Source: Dehalococcoidia bacterium
GTDB lineage: Bacteria > Chloroflexota > Dehalococcoidia > Lucifugimonadales > UBA3495
Length of the DNA: 64,000 bases
Direction: 5' to 3'
Assembly (NCBI GenBank): GCA_965232835.1
Contig: OZ247426.1
Span: forward strand, 3,996,974-4,060,973
How positions within the stretch are numbered: the stretch's first letter is position 1; the number at the start of each line of letters is the position of its first letter. A model generated the notes under the pieces. That model was not told the DNA's origin and did not search any database. It saw only the letters and a list, made by a program, of their open reading frames with translations. Shown piece after piece: positions 35,792 to 44,914 of this stretch. The translations under genes and the position numbers were made by a program.

Positions 35792-38700
35792 CTACCTCAT
35801 AACAACGTAATTCCAGCCGGGGTACAGGGTGTGCCCTCGGAACTCCGTCCGCCGGTCCACCCTGACCGCCAGGACGACCGGAGGGTTGGTAGCGAGGTCA
35901 ACCGTCGTCAGTGTGTTGAACGCCGCGAGTTCCGGGTCGGGGTCGTAGAATTTCCACTCCTGGGACCGGCTGTCCAACCACCAGACCCTCTGCAACGTTC
36001 CGCTGGCAACAAGCAAGCGGAAAAGTTGCTCGATCGGCTGATTCCCGGCCCCCGGGGCGAGCGGCTGTGCCGTAACGGGCACGAAGTTCCACCCTGCATA
36101 CAGCTGAAGGCCGCGGAATCGCTGGTTCCTGGTAACGTTAATGGCGACGACTGCAGGCGGGTCTGATGCCAGGTTGATCGTCCTCAGCGAGTTGAATGGC
36201 GCCAACCGGGGGTCAGGATCATAGAACAGCCAGCTCTGATACCTCTCCACCAACAGCCAAACCCGGCCCAGTGTTCCGTTTGCCGAGAGTGGCTGGAACA
36301 CCTGCTCAGCACGCTGAGTCGTAAGTGCCGGACGTGGCGGTGCCTGGGGAGCCGGAGGTACGAAGAACCCTCCGCCCCCGCCGCCACTCCCGCCTGTGTT
36401 TCGAGCAGGAGGGGGTGGTGGCGGAGCCGCACTGGTGGTGCCTCTTCCGGTCGATGACCATCCTCCGGGGCCCGCAGAGTTTCTGGCACGCACCTGGACC
36501 TCATACGTGGTGCTCGCGGAAAGGCCAGTAACGGTGTAGCTGCGACTGTTGCCAGCGCTGACGGGTGACGGCCAGGAGCTGTTGCCGTTCCGACGATAGC
36601 GCAGCTCGTAGCTCGTAGCTGAAGGACCGCCGGACGGTGCCGACCACGTGACTCGTAGGCTGTTGGCAGACGCTGCGGTAACCGTCGGTGTCGAGGGCGT
36701 TCGTGGTATTACTGGGGGAGGCGGAGGACCACCCTCGTCATCGTTGGTGATGGTGACTGTTGCGGTTGCCGCGCCACCAGTCAGGTATGGAAGCCCTGAA
36801 CTGGCGTAAGAAAGTCTCACTGTAAAGCTTTCGTCCCCCTCGTCGTAGACGTCGTCCTGGACATCTACGATGATCTGTCTTTCAGCTCGATACCTCACTT
36901 CACCGCTAACGACCGTCGATGTGAAATCTGTGTGCAATATGGTTTCGGTTGCGCTCAAATGGGAGTAATCGGAGCCCTGCCGGGCACTGCCCGCGCTCGT
37001 CGTAGCCCTTACGCTGAAGGAGACGTCCGACAGCGGCGCCCCTTCGTCTGTAGTGGTGGCCTGGGCGAACAGGATGACGCTCCCAGCGTCCTCGCCGACC
37101 GAATAGTCCGCCTGTTCCCAGCTCAAGGCTATTGGAACAAAGTCGTCATCAGCGATCTTGACGGTGGCGATGGCCGCACCTCCCTGCAGGTGAAGCGGGC
37201 TGGCATTGGCGTATTCAAGTGTTAGGGTGAAGTCCTCCTCAATTTCGTCGGTGGTGTCGTCCACGATGGATACCGAGACCTGCTCTACCGCGCGGTACCG
37301 GGGCTGGCCATTGACGGTTGCTCGGCTGAAGTCGTTCCGGTCGAACGTAACGGTATCGTCCATCTGGATATAGTCGCCAGGCTGCCCTGCACCGCCATCT
37401 GAGGTGTAGATGGATGCGTCGAAGGTGAACCCGTCCTCCGGGCGTTTGTCCACGGTTGTAACGGCAAGAGCGCGCAGAGTGGCGCTGCCGCCGTCCTCGT
37501 CAACGGCTACGTCAGCCTGCTCCCAACCGAGGGTAACCGGCACGTGTTCGTCGTCGTTGATCGTGATGGTTGCCGATTGGGGCCCTCCCCGGAGGTGGGA
37601 CAAGCCGGGGGTCTGGTAATTCATGGTTACCCGGAGGTTTTCGTCCGACTCGTCCGCAGTGTCATCGATGATGGCAATGCTGAAGTCCCTGGTCGCTTGG
37701 TATAGCTGCTGCCCGTTGACGTCGGCCTGGCTGAAGTCGCTGGCCACGAAGCTGGCCGAGGAGGGTGGAGGCGTGTAGTCGTCGTTCAATGTCGTGCCGA
37801 GATCGGTGGTTGACAACACGAGCTCAAATTCAAAGTCGGCTTCGGGCGGGGCGTTGAGGGTGGTTGTGAACCCCGCCGTCAGCACCACACTGCCGGCGTC
37901 CTCATTGACCTCCAGCGTCGTCTCCTCCCACTGCATGGTGATGGGTATGTCGTCCGGCAATGGCGTCCCCGTCTCCGTGCCGGACCACCCTCCGTCGCCG
38001 GCCGAGTTGACGGCCCGCACCTGCACGTCGTACTCCACGGCGTTGGTGAGGCTTCTGATCGTGTATTCCAGATCGCCGCTTCTCCACGCGTTGTCCCGCA
38101 CCGTCCAGTTGGAGTCCACCGTCTCGTCGGCGCTGGTCTCGATGTAACGAACGTCGTAGGCGGTAATTCTCCCGCCTCCATTGTCCGACGTCTCGGTCCA
38201 GGCAACGGCCAGTTCCCCGTCCCCACGAGTGACGTTGGTGATGGATGGCGCCGACGGCTCGACTATGGTGGGTTCGGCCGTGGTGGACCCTGACCAAACG
38301 CCGATTCCCTCCGAGTTACGGGCCCGTACCTGAATCTCGTACTCGACATTGCCCATAAGATCGGTGATGGTATGGGTTAAGTTGGTGAGCGTTCCCACGC
38401 TGGTCTCTTCGGTCGAGTTTGCGTCGCTCTTGTCCGTTGCGTCCTTGCGGATATAGCGCAGGTCGTAGGATGTGACAGCGGACTTCCCGATGTCAGTAGG
38501 CTCCTTCCACTCGATGGTCAGGGTGCCCCCGCCGGGAGTAACTGTGTCTACATCCGGTGCCGCAGGTTGATAGCCGTGACCGTAGATCGTCAGTCCCCAG
38601 GAGTTGAGAGATTCAGCGCGGCCTGATTGCCTCTTGTAGTCCGTAATCCGCAGCGTCCATGTGCCGGCCGGGTTCTCCCCCAAATGCCGCGCTGTACCAA

Positions 38701-41700
38701 AGCGGAAAGCCGAACGCAGGCTCACTCTTTGGCCGAGGTCAGCGTAGGGAACGAGGAGGGATACCGCGCCCGACGGCGAGATCAGCTCCACCTTCAGGTC
38801 GCGAAAACTGCTATGGCTGAAATGCGTGTTGACCTCGACAAACTCGACGAAATCTACAAAGTCTCCGACGGTCAGCGTAGTGGAGACCTGGCGTGGAGCG
38901 TCAGGCTCGCCCACAACGGCAGCGGCGTCGGGAAGGGACAGGTTGATGGCGCCTGATTCGGATGTAGTCTCCCGGAGAGGGGAGAGGTTGTTCCAGCCCA
39001 CGGCCAGGTCAGTGGCGGCCTTGGCATCCACCATGCCGAAGCCGTATTCGTGGTTGAAGTTGTAGTGGTCCGTGGTGGAGCCGTACTTCAGCGCCCCCTG
39101 CTGCCAGCCGGTGTTGGCCGGGTCGTTCTTGCGGGCGGAGGCGGCTAGGATTAGCTTGACGTCCCGCCATGTGAGGGCGTTGTTGGCCTCCCGCACCAGA
39201 GCAACCACGCCGGAGACGATGGGAGCGGCGGCGCTGGTGCCTCCCATCCGCCCCCAGTACCTGTTGCCGTTGTCGGTGGTCGTTATCCGGGGCTGGCCCA
39301 CTCTCCCGCTGCTGGACGGGCCGCAGACCCACAGATTGACGCCGGGTTCCGAGTAGTCGGCGCGCTTGTCGTCGTGTCCCACGGCGCAGACGGCAACGAT
39401 GGCGTAGTAGTTGGCTATCTCGTCCAGGTTGGAGTCATCGTCATATTCGGCCCCGTTGCCGGCAGACCAGACGTAAACCACGCCTTTCCCGCTGTACCCG
39501 TTGGTCACACCATTCTTAACCGCCATTTCCCACGTCGCGGCTATGGGATTCGGCTCGCCGAAGTCCCTGGGCCCCCAGCTGTTGTTGGAAACGGCTGTGG
39601 TCGCGGAGTTGCGGGTCATGGCGTCTGCCCTGTTGGCGTCACTCACTGCCTCGAGGTAGTTGTACCCGTAAATCGTGGCCTCGGGTGCCACGCCGCGGAT
39701 CCCCTTGTCGTTGTCCTTTGCCGCGATAAGACCGGCCACCGCGGTGCCGTGCCAGTCGAAATAGCCGTATATGTCGGTGTCGTTGGTGTTGTAGTTGTGA
39801 TTCAGGGTGGTGTCCACATTGTCCTTGAGGTCCTCGTGGGTGTAGTGCATCCCGTCGTCCACCACCGCCACCGTTATGCCGTCGCCGGTGTAGGTGGGCC
39901 ACACCTCCTCTACCCTGATGTCTTGCCCGCCGCTGTTGCGGAACTGGTCGTCGTTGTTCAGGTGCCACTGGCATCCGTACAGGGGATCGTTGATGCCGGC
40001 GCTCCGGGAGATGTTGGAGCAGCGGTTTTCGAAATAGGTATATGAACCCTCCCGGATGGCCCTGACGGTGTAACGGCCGGTATCGGTAGATTCCTTGCCC
40101 TTCACCTTCAGATGGCATGTGCCCGCGTCCAGCGTTCCCTGGAATACGAACCGGTCACTGAATTTAATCGAATCGATCGGGGCGTCGAAATTGTTGGAAT
40201 CCTTGAGCTCAGCGCTGATATCAAGCCCCTGGCCCCGGCTCGTCCCTCCGATGATCACGTGGGTCGTTTCGTCCAGGGTCAGGCTGAAATAGTCCTCATC
40301 CCCGCCGGGGCTGATGTTTCCTCCGGCCACGTCGCCAAGTGCCAGCACCTGGGCGTCGGCCTTCGTGCTGCCCGGCTCAGTGATGGTGTGGAGGTACACA
40401 CTGAACGGCCCTTCAGACCTGTCATCCCATGAGCTGACGTTCAGATAGTAGGTCCCCGCCGGCAGACTTCGCCGGATGAGAAAGTTCTTGCTGCCTCCTG
40501 GCAGATAGCCATCATCGTTGGATGCTACAAAGACGGATCCAGTTCTGTACAGCCTGCCGACGGTGTCAGGGAACCCGGATGCTCGTATGGCAACTTCCGT
40601 CGTCTCGGAAAGCACAATTTTGAAAAAGTCAGTGTCCTCTTCGGGTTCGATGGAACCGCTTGCGGAGCCATTGAGGGGTATGGTGGGAGCTGTGGGCCAT
40701 CCGGTGCGTTCGGGGAATGCCCGGACTCTGAGGGTGTATGGATCGTCGGTGTCTCCGAACCCCGTCACTTTGACGTAATACGTACCGGAATCGAGCTTGC
40801 TCCAAAGGAAGAAAGCGTCCGGATTGGGTAAGACCCGGCCATAGTCGCTGCTCTTGATGAAATTGCCGTCGCTGTCCTGAAGCTCACCCACCGTATCAAG
40901 GTCTCCCTGGGTGTAAATCCAGTAGTCGGCCGTCTCTGACACGGTGAAGCTGAAGTAGTCCTCCTCGTCAGTGGGGTCGATAACGCCCCACACCCTGTCT
41001 CCTGCGGACATGCTCGTGGCGTTGGTGCGATTGGCACCATGATCGCCAGGGGTAGCGGCGGTGGTGGCCGACCAGGCGCCATCAACGTCGTCCTCATCGA
41101 CGGCCCGCACCTGCACGTCGTAGCCAGTTTCGTTGGTCAGGCCGGTGATGGCGTGAAAGAGGCTGCCGTCTCCGTCTTCCCAGGCGTCCTCCTCAACGGT
41201 CCAGTTGGCATCGGCTTTGTCTGTGGCATCGCTGTTAATGTGCCGCACGTCGTAGGCCTTGACGCCGGTGGTGATGCCGGCAGGCGCGTTCCAGGCGACG
41301 TAAACGGCGCGGTCATCGCCGCGCACCGTGTCCAGGGTGGGCGCGGGCAGAACCGGCGTCCCCTCCGTCGTTGCCGACCACGCCCCGTCGCCGTTGGCGT
41401 TGACGGCCCGCACCTGCACGTCGTACTGCGTGCCGTTGTCCAGGCCGGTTATCGTGTACTCCAGCGTGCCCGTGGTCCAGGCGCTGTCGACCACAGTCCA
41501 GTTGGCGTCAACCGACTCGTCATCGCTGCTCTTGATGTGGCGGACGTCGTAAGCAGTGATGCCAGTTTCGCCAGTAGGGGCGGTCCACGCGACGATGAGC
41601 TGCTTATCGCCCGGAGTTATGGAGTCAATGGTGGGCGCAGCGGGTGTCGACTGCGCCATGGCGTATCCCAGAAGCAGAATGAGGCATAGCAGAGCGCCCC

Positions 41701-41743
41701 CTGCCACGGCAGCAAGTCTGACCGGGCTGAGCCACGCATTCAT
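35792..41743 (-). CDS. giant secreted kexin-like subtilase (S8 + P domain) with Fn3, PPC, Calx-beta and two unassigned C-terminal domains
   Basis: 1983 aa, starting with a signal peptide. Order: 2 Fn3, then 3 PPC (DEEDYFSF, EEDTDFFK, GDEDYFSL), then the S8 triad context (VAVVDDGMHYTHEDL, HGTAVAGLIAA, GGTSAAAPIVSG). Next is a P domain (SFRDLKVELISPSGAVSLL...GENPAGTWTLRITD...SWGLTIYGHG). Then 2 Fn3, 3 Calx-beta-like (..NDDE/ADDD ends), 1 Fn3, a P/G linker and 2 copies of a ~90-aa unknown domain. Confidence 0.85.
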   Translation of the reverse strand: MNAWLSPVRLAAVAGGALLCLILLLGYAMAQSTPAAPTIDSITPGDKQLIVAWTAPTGETGITAYDVRHIKSSDDESVDANWTVVDSAWTTGTLEYTITGLDNGTQYDVQVRAVNANGDGAWSATTEGTPVLPAPTLDTVRGDDRAVYVAWNAPAGITTGVKAYDVRHINSDATDKADANWTVEEDAWEDGDGSLFHAITGLTNETGYDVQVRAVDEDDVDGAWSATTAATPGDHGANRTNATSMSAGDRVWGVIDPTDEEDYFSFTVSETADYWIYTQGDLDTVGELQDSDGNFIKSSDYGRVLPNPDAFFLWSKLDSGTYYVKVTGFGDTDDPYTLRVRAFPERTGWPTAPTIPLNGSASGSIEPEEDTDFFKIVLSETTEVAIRASGFPDTVGRLYRTGSVFVASNDDGYLPGGSKNFLIRRSLPAGTYYLNVSSWDDRSEGPFSVYLHTITEPGSTKADAQVLALGDVAGGNISPGGDEDYFSLTLDETTHVIIGGTSRGQGLDISAELKDSNNFDAPIDSIKFSDRFVFQGTLDAGTCHLKVKGKESTDTGRYTVRAIREGSYTYFENRCSNISRSAGINDPLYGCQWHLNNDDQFRNSGGQDIRVEEVWPTYTGDGITVAVVDDGMHYTHEDLKDNVDTTLNHNYNTNDTDIYGYFDWHGTAVAGLIAAKDNDKGIRGVAPEATIYGYNYLEAVSDANRADAMTRNSATTAVSNNSWGPRDFGEPNPIAATWEMAVKNGVTNGYSGKGVVYVWSAGNGAEYDDDSNLDEIANYYAIVAVCAVGHDDKRADYSEPGVNLWVCGPSSSGRVGQPRITTTDNGNRYWGRMGGTSAAAPIVSGVVALVREANNALTWRDVKLILAASARKNDPANTGWQQGALKYGSTTDHYNFNHEYGFGMVDAKAATDLAVGWNNLSPLRETTSESGAINLSLPDAAAVVGEPDAPRQVSTTLTVGDFVDFVEFVEVNTHFSHSSFRDLKVELISPSGAVSLLVPYADLGQRVSLRSAFRFGTARHLGENPAGTWTLRITDYKRQSGRAESLNSWGLTIYGHGYQPAAPDVDTVTPGGGTLTIEWKEPTDIGKSAVTSYDLRYIRKDATDKSDANSTEETSVGTLTNLTHTITDLMGNVEYEIQVRARNSEGIGVWSGSTTAEPTIVEPSAPSITNVTRGDGELAVAWTETSDNGGGRITAYDVRYIETSADETVDSNWTVRDNAWRSGDLEYTIRSLTNAVEYDVQVRAVNSAGDGGWSGTETGTPLPDDIPITMQWEETTLEVNEDAGSVVLTAGFTTTLNAPPEADFEFELVLSTTDLGTTLNDDYTPPPSSASFVASDFSQADVNGQQLYQATRDFSIAIIDDTADESDENLRVTMNYQTPGLSHLRGGPQSATITINDDEHVPVTLGWEQADVAVDEDGGSATLRALAVTTVDKRPEDGFTFDASIYTSDGGAGQPGDYIQMDDTVTFDRNDFSRATVNGQPRYRAVEQVSVSIVDDTTDEIEEDFTLTLEYANASPLHLQGGAAIATVKIADDDFVPIALSWEQADYSVGEDAGSVILFAQATTTDEGAPLSDVSFSVRATTSAGSARQGSDYSHLSATETILHTDFTSTVVSGEVRYRAERQIIVDVQDDVYDEGDESFTVRLSYASSGLPYLTGGAATATVTITNDDEGGPPPPPVIPRTPSTPTVTAASANSLRVTWSAPSGGPSATSYELRYRRNGNSSWPSPVSAGNSRSYTVTGLSASTTYEVQVRARNSAGPGGWSSTGRGTTSAAPPPPPPARNTGGSGGGGGGFFVPPAPQAPPRPALTTQRAEQVFQPLSANGTLGRVWLLVERYQSWLFYDPDPRLAPFNSLRTINLASDPPAVVAINVTRNQRFRGLQLYAGWNFVPVTAQPLAPGAGNQPIEQLFRLLVASGTLQRVWWLDSRSQEWKFYDPDPELAAFNTLTTVDLATNPPVVLAVRVDRRTEFRGHTLYPGWNYVVMR

Positions 41744-41823
41744 GCGGTTATTAACTCGGCGGAAAGATTAGCGCTCACAAAACAATTGGGGTACTACGGA
41801 TGAGGTTCCCAACAGGGCAACGG

Positions 41824-42660
41824 TCATTTCGGGACTTCCTCTCTCGCCCAGTTGGGGCTGGCCACTTCAACGCCATCCAGGACCGCCAGCGTGTTGGCAA
41901 GCTCCAGCGAGGGGAACCCCGGATCCGTTTCTATGAAGAATCCGTTGACGGCATAACTCAACTCGGAAACGCGGTCCATCTTGATGCCGTTGGTCGAGAA
42001 AAAGGCGTCCGTTTCTGCCTTGCTCCACTCGGAATCAAGAATCAGGAGCACGCCGCCAGGCAACGTCATGAGTTCTCCGTACTCAGAGCGAAATACAGGC
42101 AGCGCATCGCCTTGCGGCTGTCCTCCCACACCCCTGGCCACTCTGTCCCCAGCGTCGTCAGCCGCCCGCACGTCGCGAGGCAACCCATCTGAACCCTGCT
42201 CCACGGCCAGATCGGTCTGGAGATATACGGTGAGAGTCCTGTCCCCGTCCTCCCACGTGTAGCCACGGCCCTCCACTTGCCCTGCCGGCGGCCCACCCTC
42301 CTTTGATGTATCCCGGCCTTCTGCAGTTACGCCTCCGTCGCGGGCTGAGGATACCGGCGGATCTTCCGACTCAAACTCAAGCCCGTCGTCGGTTGTGGGG
42401 ATAGGTGTGGTTATAGGAGCAGGCGAGGGAGTCGCCGGGTATGCTGGTGTGATAGCAGTCACGGTTGGGGGTACCGTGGCTGCAGCCGGTGCAGGGCCGC
42501 CCGCGTGCGTTGGGGAGGCGGTTGGCGCCTGCAGTACTGCCGCAGTGTTGGCGGGTGGGGCAACTTGCTCCGTCGGCGAGGGCGACCCGCATCCCGCCAG
42601 GAGAGCAGACATACTTGGCACAATGACAACGAAAGTCAGCAAGACCGCAAGCTTTCTCAT
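41824..42660 (-). CDS. lipoprotein, Pro/Ala/Thr-rich linker plus ~150-aa C-terminal domain (possible protease prodomain-like)
   Basis: 278 aa. Lipobox LLAGC|GS. Located 80 nt upstream of the protease gene on the same strand. The C-terminus NGFFIETDPGFPSLELANTLAVLDGVEVASPNW resembles the ends of subtilase propeptide/inhibitor-like domains. That resemblance is a weak call by eye. Confidence 0.6.
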   Translation of the reverse strand: MRKLAVLLTFVVIVPSMSALLAGCGSPSPTEQVAPPANTAAVLQAPTASPTHAGGPAPAAATVPPTVTAITPAYPATPSPAPITTPIPTTDDGLEFESEDPPVSSARDGGVTAEGRDTSKEGGPPAGQVEGRGYTWEDGDRTLTVYLQTDLAVEQGSDGLPRDVRAADDAGDRVARGVGGQPQGDALPVFRSEYGELMTLPGGVLLILDSEWSKAETDAFFSTNGIKMDRVSELSYAVNGFFIETDPGFPSLELANTLAVLDGVEVASPNWAREEVPK

Positions 42661-42963
42661 CTCGCCTCTCCGCTCCTGATTGCTCCGCGTCCCTGCGGCT
42701 TATGTCGCACCCGCTGATGGGATACCCTCTGCACCGGGAGCAGGCCCAATGGCATATCCGGCCAATGCCTAGACTCGGGCGGGGACCCCGGCAAGATTGC
42801 GCCAGGTAATGATGGTATCACCACACGCCAAGGTTTCGGACCCGTTGCTCCAACTGGAAATTACTCAATAATTCATGGAGCAGAGTAGCACGTGCAATGG
42901 AGGCCTCGACACACTCGCCAGAGCTCCAAAACGGGCACGCACCCGTGGCACACCAACTAGTGA

Positions 42964-43107
42964 GTACGAAATGATAGAGCCACGGGCACGCACATATCCA
43001 GGGCCACCGGGCAAACCTACACTCTCTCCTTGGACGATCAGGGGAACACCGTCAAGATGAGCGTCGGCTTCACCGACGACGGTGCCACGGCGGAACACAA
43101 TGACTGA
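42964..43107 (+). pseudogene. 47-codon fragment of an FTDD-type surface-repeat domain
   Basis: The frame is open only over 42964..43107: ...ATGQTYTLSLDDQGNTVKMSVGFTDDGATAEHND*. The pattern (Y-T-L...D-x-G-x-x-[IV]-K-x-x-V-x-F-T-D-D) recurs in large bacterial adhesin repeats. There is no start codon. Confidence 0.3.
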
Positions 43108-43174
43108 GAAAGGAATGCCGACACCGATGCCAGTTCCCCACGTTGCCCTGTAGGTCACCCCATCGCCGTTGCCG

Positions 43175-43380
43175 CTATTTCGTGATGGTCGGCGCGGCAG
43201 GACCGCCCTGTGTAGTGTACGTCGCGCCGGGCACGTTCTCCGAGACCGTCTCGTAGAACGCGGGCAGTCCCGAACCGGACGGGAGGCAGCGGTATACACC
43301 AAAGTTAGAGGCCCCGGCCGGCGGCGTCCACGACAGTGCGATGCTGTTGGCCCCGGAGGCCGTAGCCGTCAGTCCCGAGG
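43175..43380 (-). pseudogene. truncated Fn3-like segment in a different frame from, and contiguous with, ORF 43369..44232
   Basis: Minus-strand translation: TPSGLTATASGANSIALSWTPPAGASNFGVYRCLPSGSGLPAFYETVSENVPGATYTTQGGPAAPTITK*. It has no start of its own, and its frame opens only ~25 codons upstream of the junction. Confidence 0.4.
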
Positions 43381-44232
43381 GTGTGGCGGCCGCGGCGTGG
43401 TGGTGGCGTTTGGTTCCTGTGTTGGCGTAGACAAGACAGGAGCAGTAATTACGTTGGGTTCACCCCAACCTGAGTAAGAATGTAGCGTTTCCAGCCTTGT
43501 GTTGGGAGGTTGTACAATCGTCCTTTTTATTTGCACAAATCTCCCGGTAGTTGGGTCAATCCAAAAATCCTCTCTGCTATAGTTTTCCTCTGGCTGCGAC
43601 TTTGAGGCGATTAAGTAGAAGTAATGCTTGGTATTCGTGCCGTTTGTAATCTCTTCCCCAATGTGCCCGGATGTTGTATCCGACACGTCATCGCTTAGCA
43701 AAGGGCGACCACAGAAAGAAGCAGGAATTTCTTCAGAATCGGATTCGCCAGCGGCTCCAGACATATCAGCGAAGGGTGCTATATTATTCACGTCTGTTTT
43801 CCATTCGCCCCAAGTGCCTGTAGCGTCGGCACCGCGGTAGTATCTGGTTCTACTACCTGCACCACTACCCCCGCTGGCACCATCGGTATTATCGTTCCGA
43901 GTTGCTATTTCAATATGTTCAGCTTGGATCGACACACCATCCTTTGTAGCAGTCAAAAGTCTATAGATATTTTCGCCTTGAATGCGCCAATCTTCATTAC
44001 CAGTCATGGATTCAGTGCCAAATGTAACAGTTCCCTGAATTGTAATGTCATAGGATGCCGTGTAGTTGGCGAACCCCAGGCAGGCATCCTCCACAGCTTC
44101 TTGTGCATCGATATAATCACCTTTTGAAACCATCTGCCAAATAACTATGGCTATTACAGGCAATGTCACGACAAGCAGGGCACCTGCGAGTTGATGACGC
44201 TTTTGCCATATGTTAGAAATTAGCATACACAC
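43369..44232 (-). CDS. hypothetical membrane-anchored protein in a low-GC islet (probably frameshifted at its 3' end)
   Basis: 287 aa. N-terminal TM segment LAGALLVVTLPVIAIVIWQMV. The composition is AT-rich, unlike the flanks. It ends in a Thr/Pro linker, STPTQEPNATTTPRPPHPRD*. Confidence 0.55.
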   Translation of the reverse strand: MCMLISNIWQKRHQLAGALLVVTLPVIAIVIWQMVSKGDYIDAQEAVEDACLGFANYTASYDITIQGTVTFGTESMTGNEDWRIQGENIYRLLTATKDGVSIQAEHIEIATRNDNTDGASGGSGAGSRTRYYRGADATGTWGEWKTDVNNIAPFADMSGAAGESDSEEIPASFCGRPLLSDDVSDTTSGHIGEEITNGTNTKHYFYLIASKSQPEENYSREDFWIDPTTGRFVQIKRTIVQPPNTRLETLHSYSGWGEPNVITAPVLSTPTQEPNATTTPRPPHPRD

Positions 44233-44364
44233 ACACTCTTATCCACTGGGTGGGGTCCTATAATAGATCGTTGGACCTTTTAGTTCGGCCCCAGCACGTA
44301 CGGTTCCATTTCGTGTATTGCCGTTGGAATTTATCTCGTAAGTACCCACCACATATATTTTGCT

Positions 44365-44589
44365 GCCGCCCACCTCACTGAGAGCCGTACCCACAGGATG
44401 GGACAGACGGCCAAGATCAACGTGATCAAGTATTCCTGCACCGATACCACTGAGGAACGCATAGACGCCATCCTGATCGGGAAGCAGGACCTGTTCGACA
44501 GGCTGGTCGACGACGCTTCCATTGACCCGTCGCCACGGTTGATCTGCGAGGGGATGTTCTGCCTTTTTGGACTGGATCGATATGGCTGA
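44365..44589 (+). pseudogene. C-terminal remnant of an SNF2-family helicase
   Basis: ...LTESRTHRMGQTAKINVIKYSCTDTTEERIDAILIGKQDLFDRLVDDAS... This covers helicase motif VI (HRxGQ) and the downstream TxEErI...K..L pattern. Everything upstream is missing. Confidence 0.55.
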
Positions 44590-44914
44590 CCGCGGCCAAT
44601 CCACCAACCTCGGATTCACCCATGGTTGCCCGCCCGCACCCACCGCGTCGGGCGACGCGCGGGGCCCCAGACTTGAATCGGCGACTAACTCGGTGGCATC
44701 TGGTCGCAATTTTCCGGTCCTTACCCCATGTCGGGAGTTCAATCAGCGTACTCAGTCAAAGCCAGGGTGGGATGTGCGTTTGCCGGGTGCGGGGAGCCAA
44801 GCATCGAGTTCCGTGTCAGAGTCCCGGCCGTTGGAAAGGAACATGCCGATACTAATGGCATCTTCCGATCCTCCGCCGGGTATTCTCGGTCCGGAAGAAT
44901 ACAATTATGGGATG

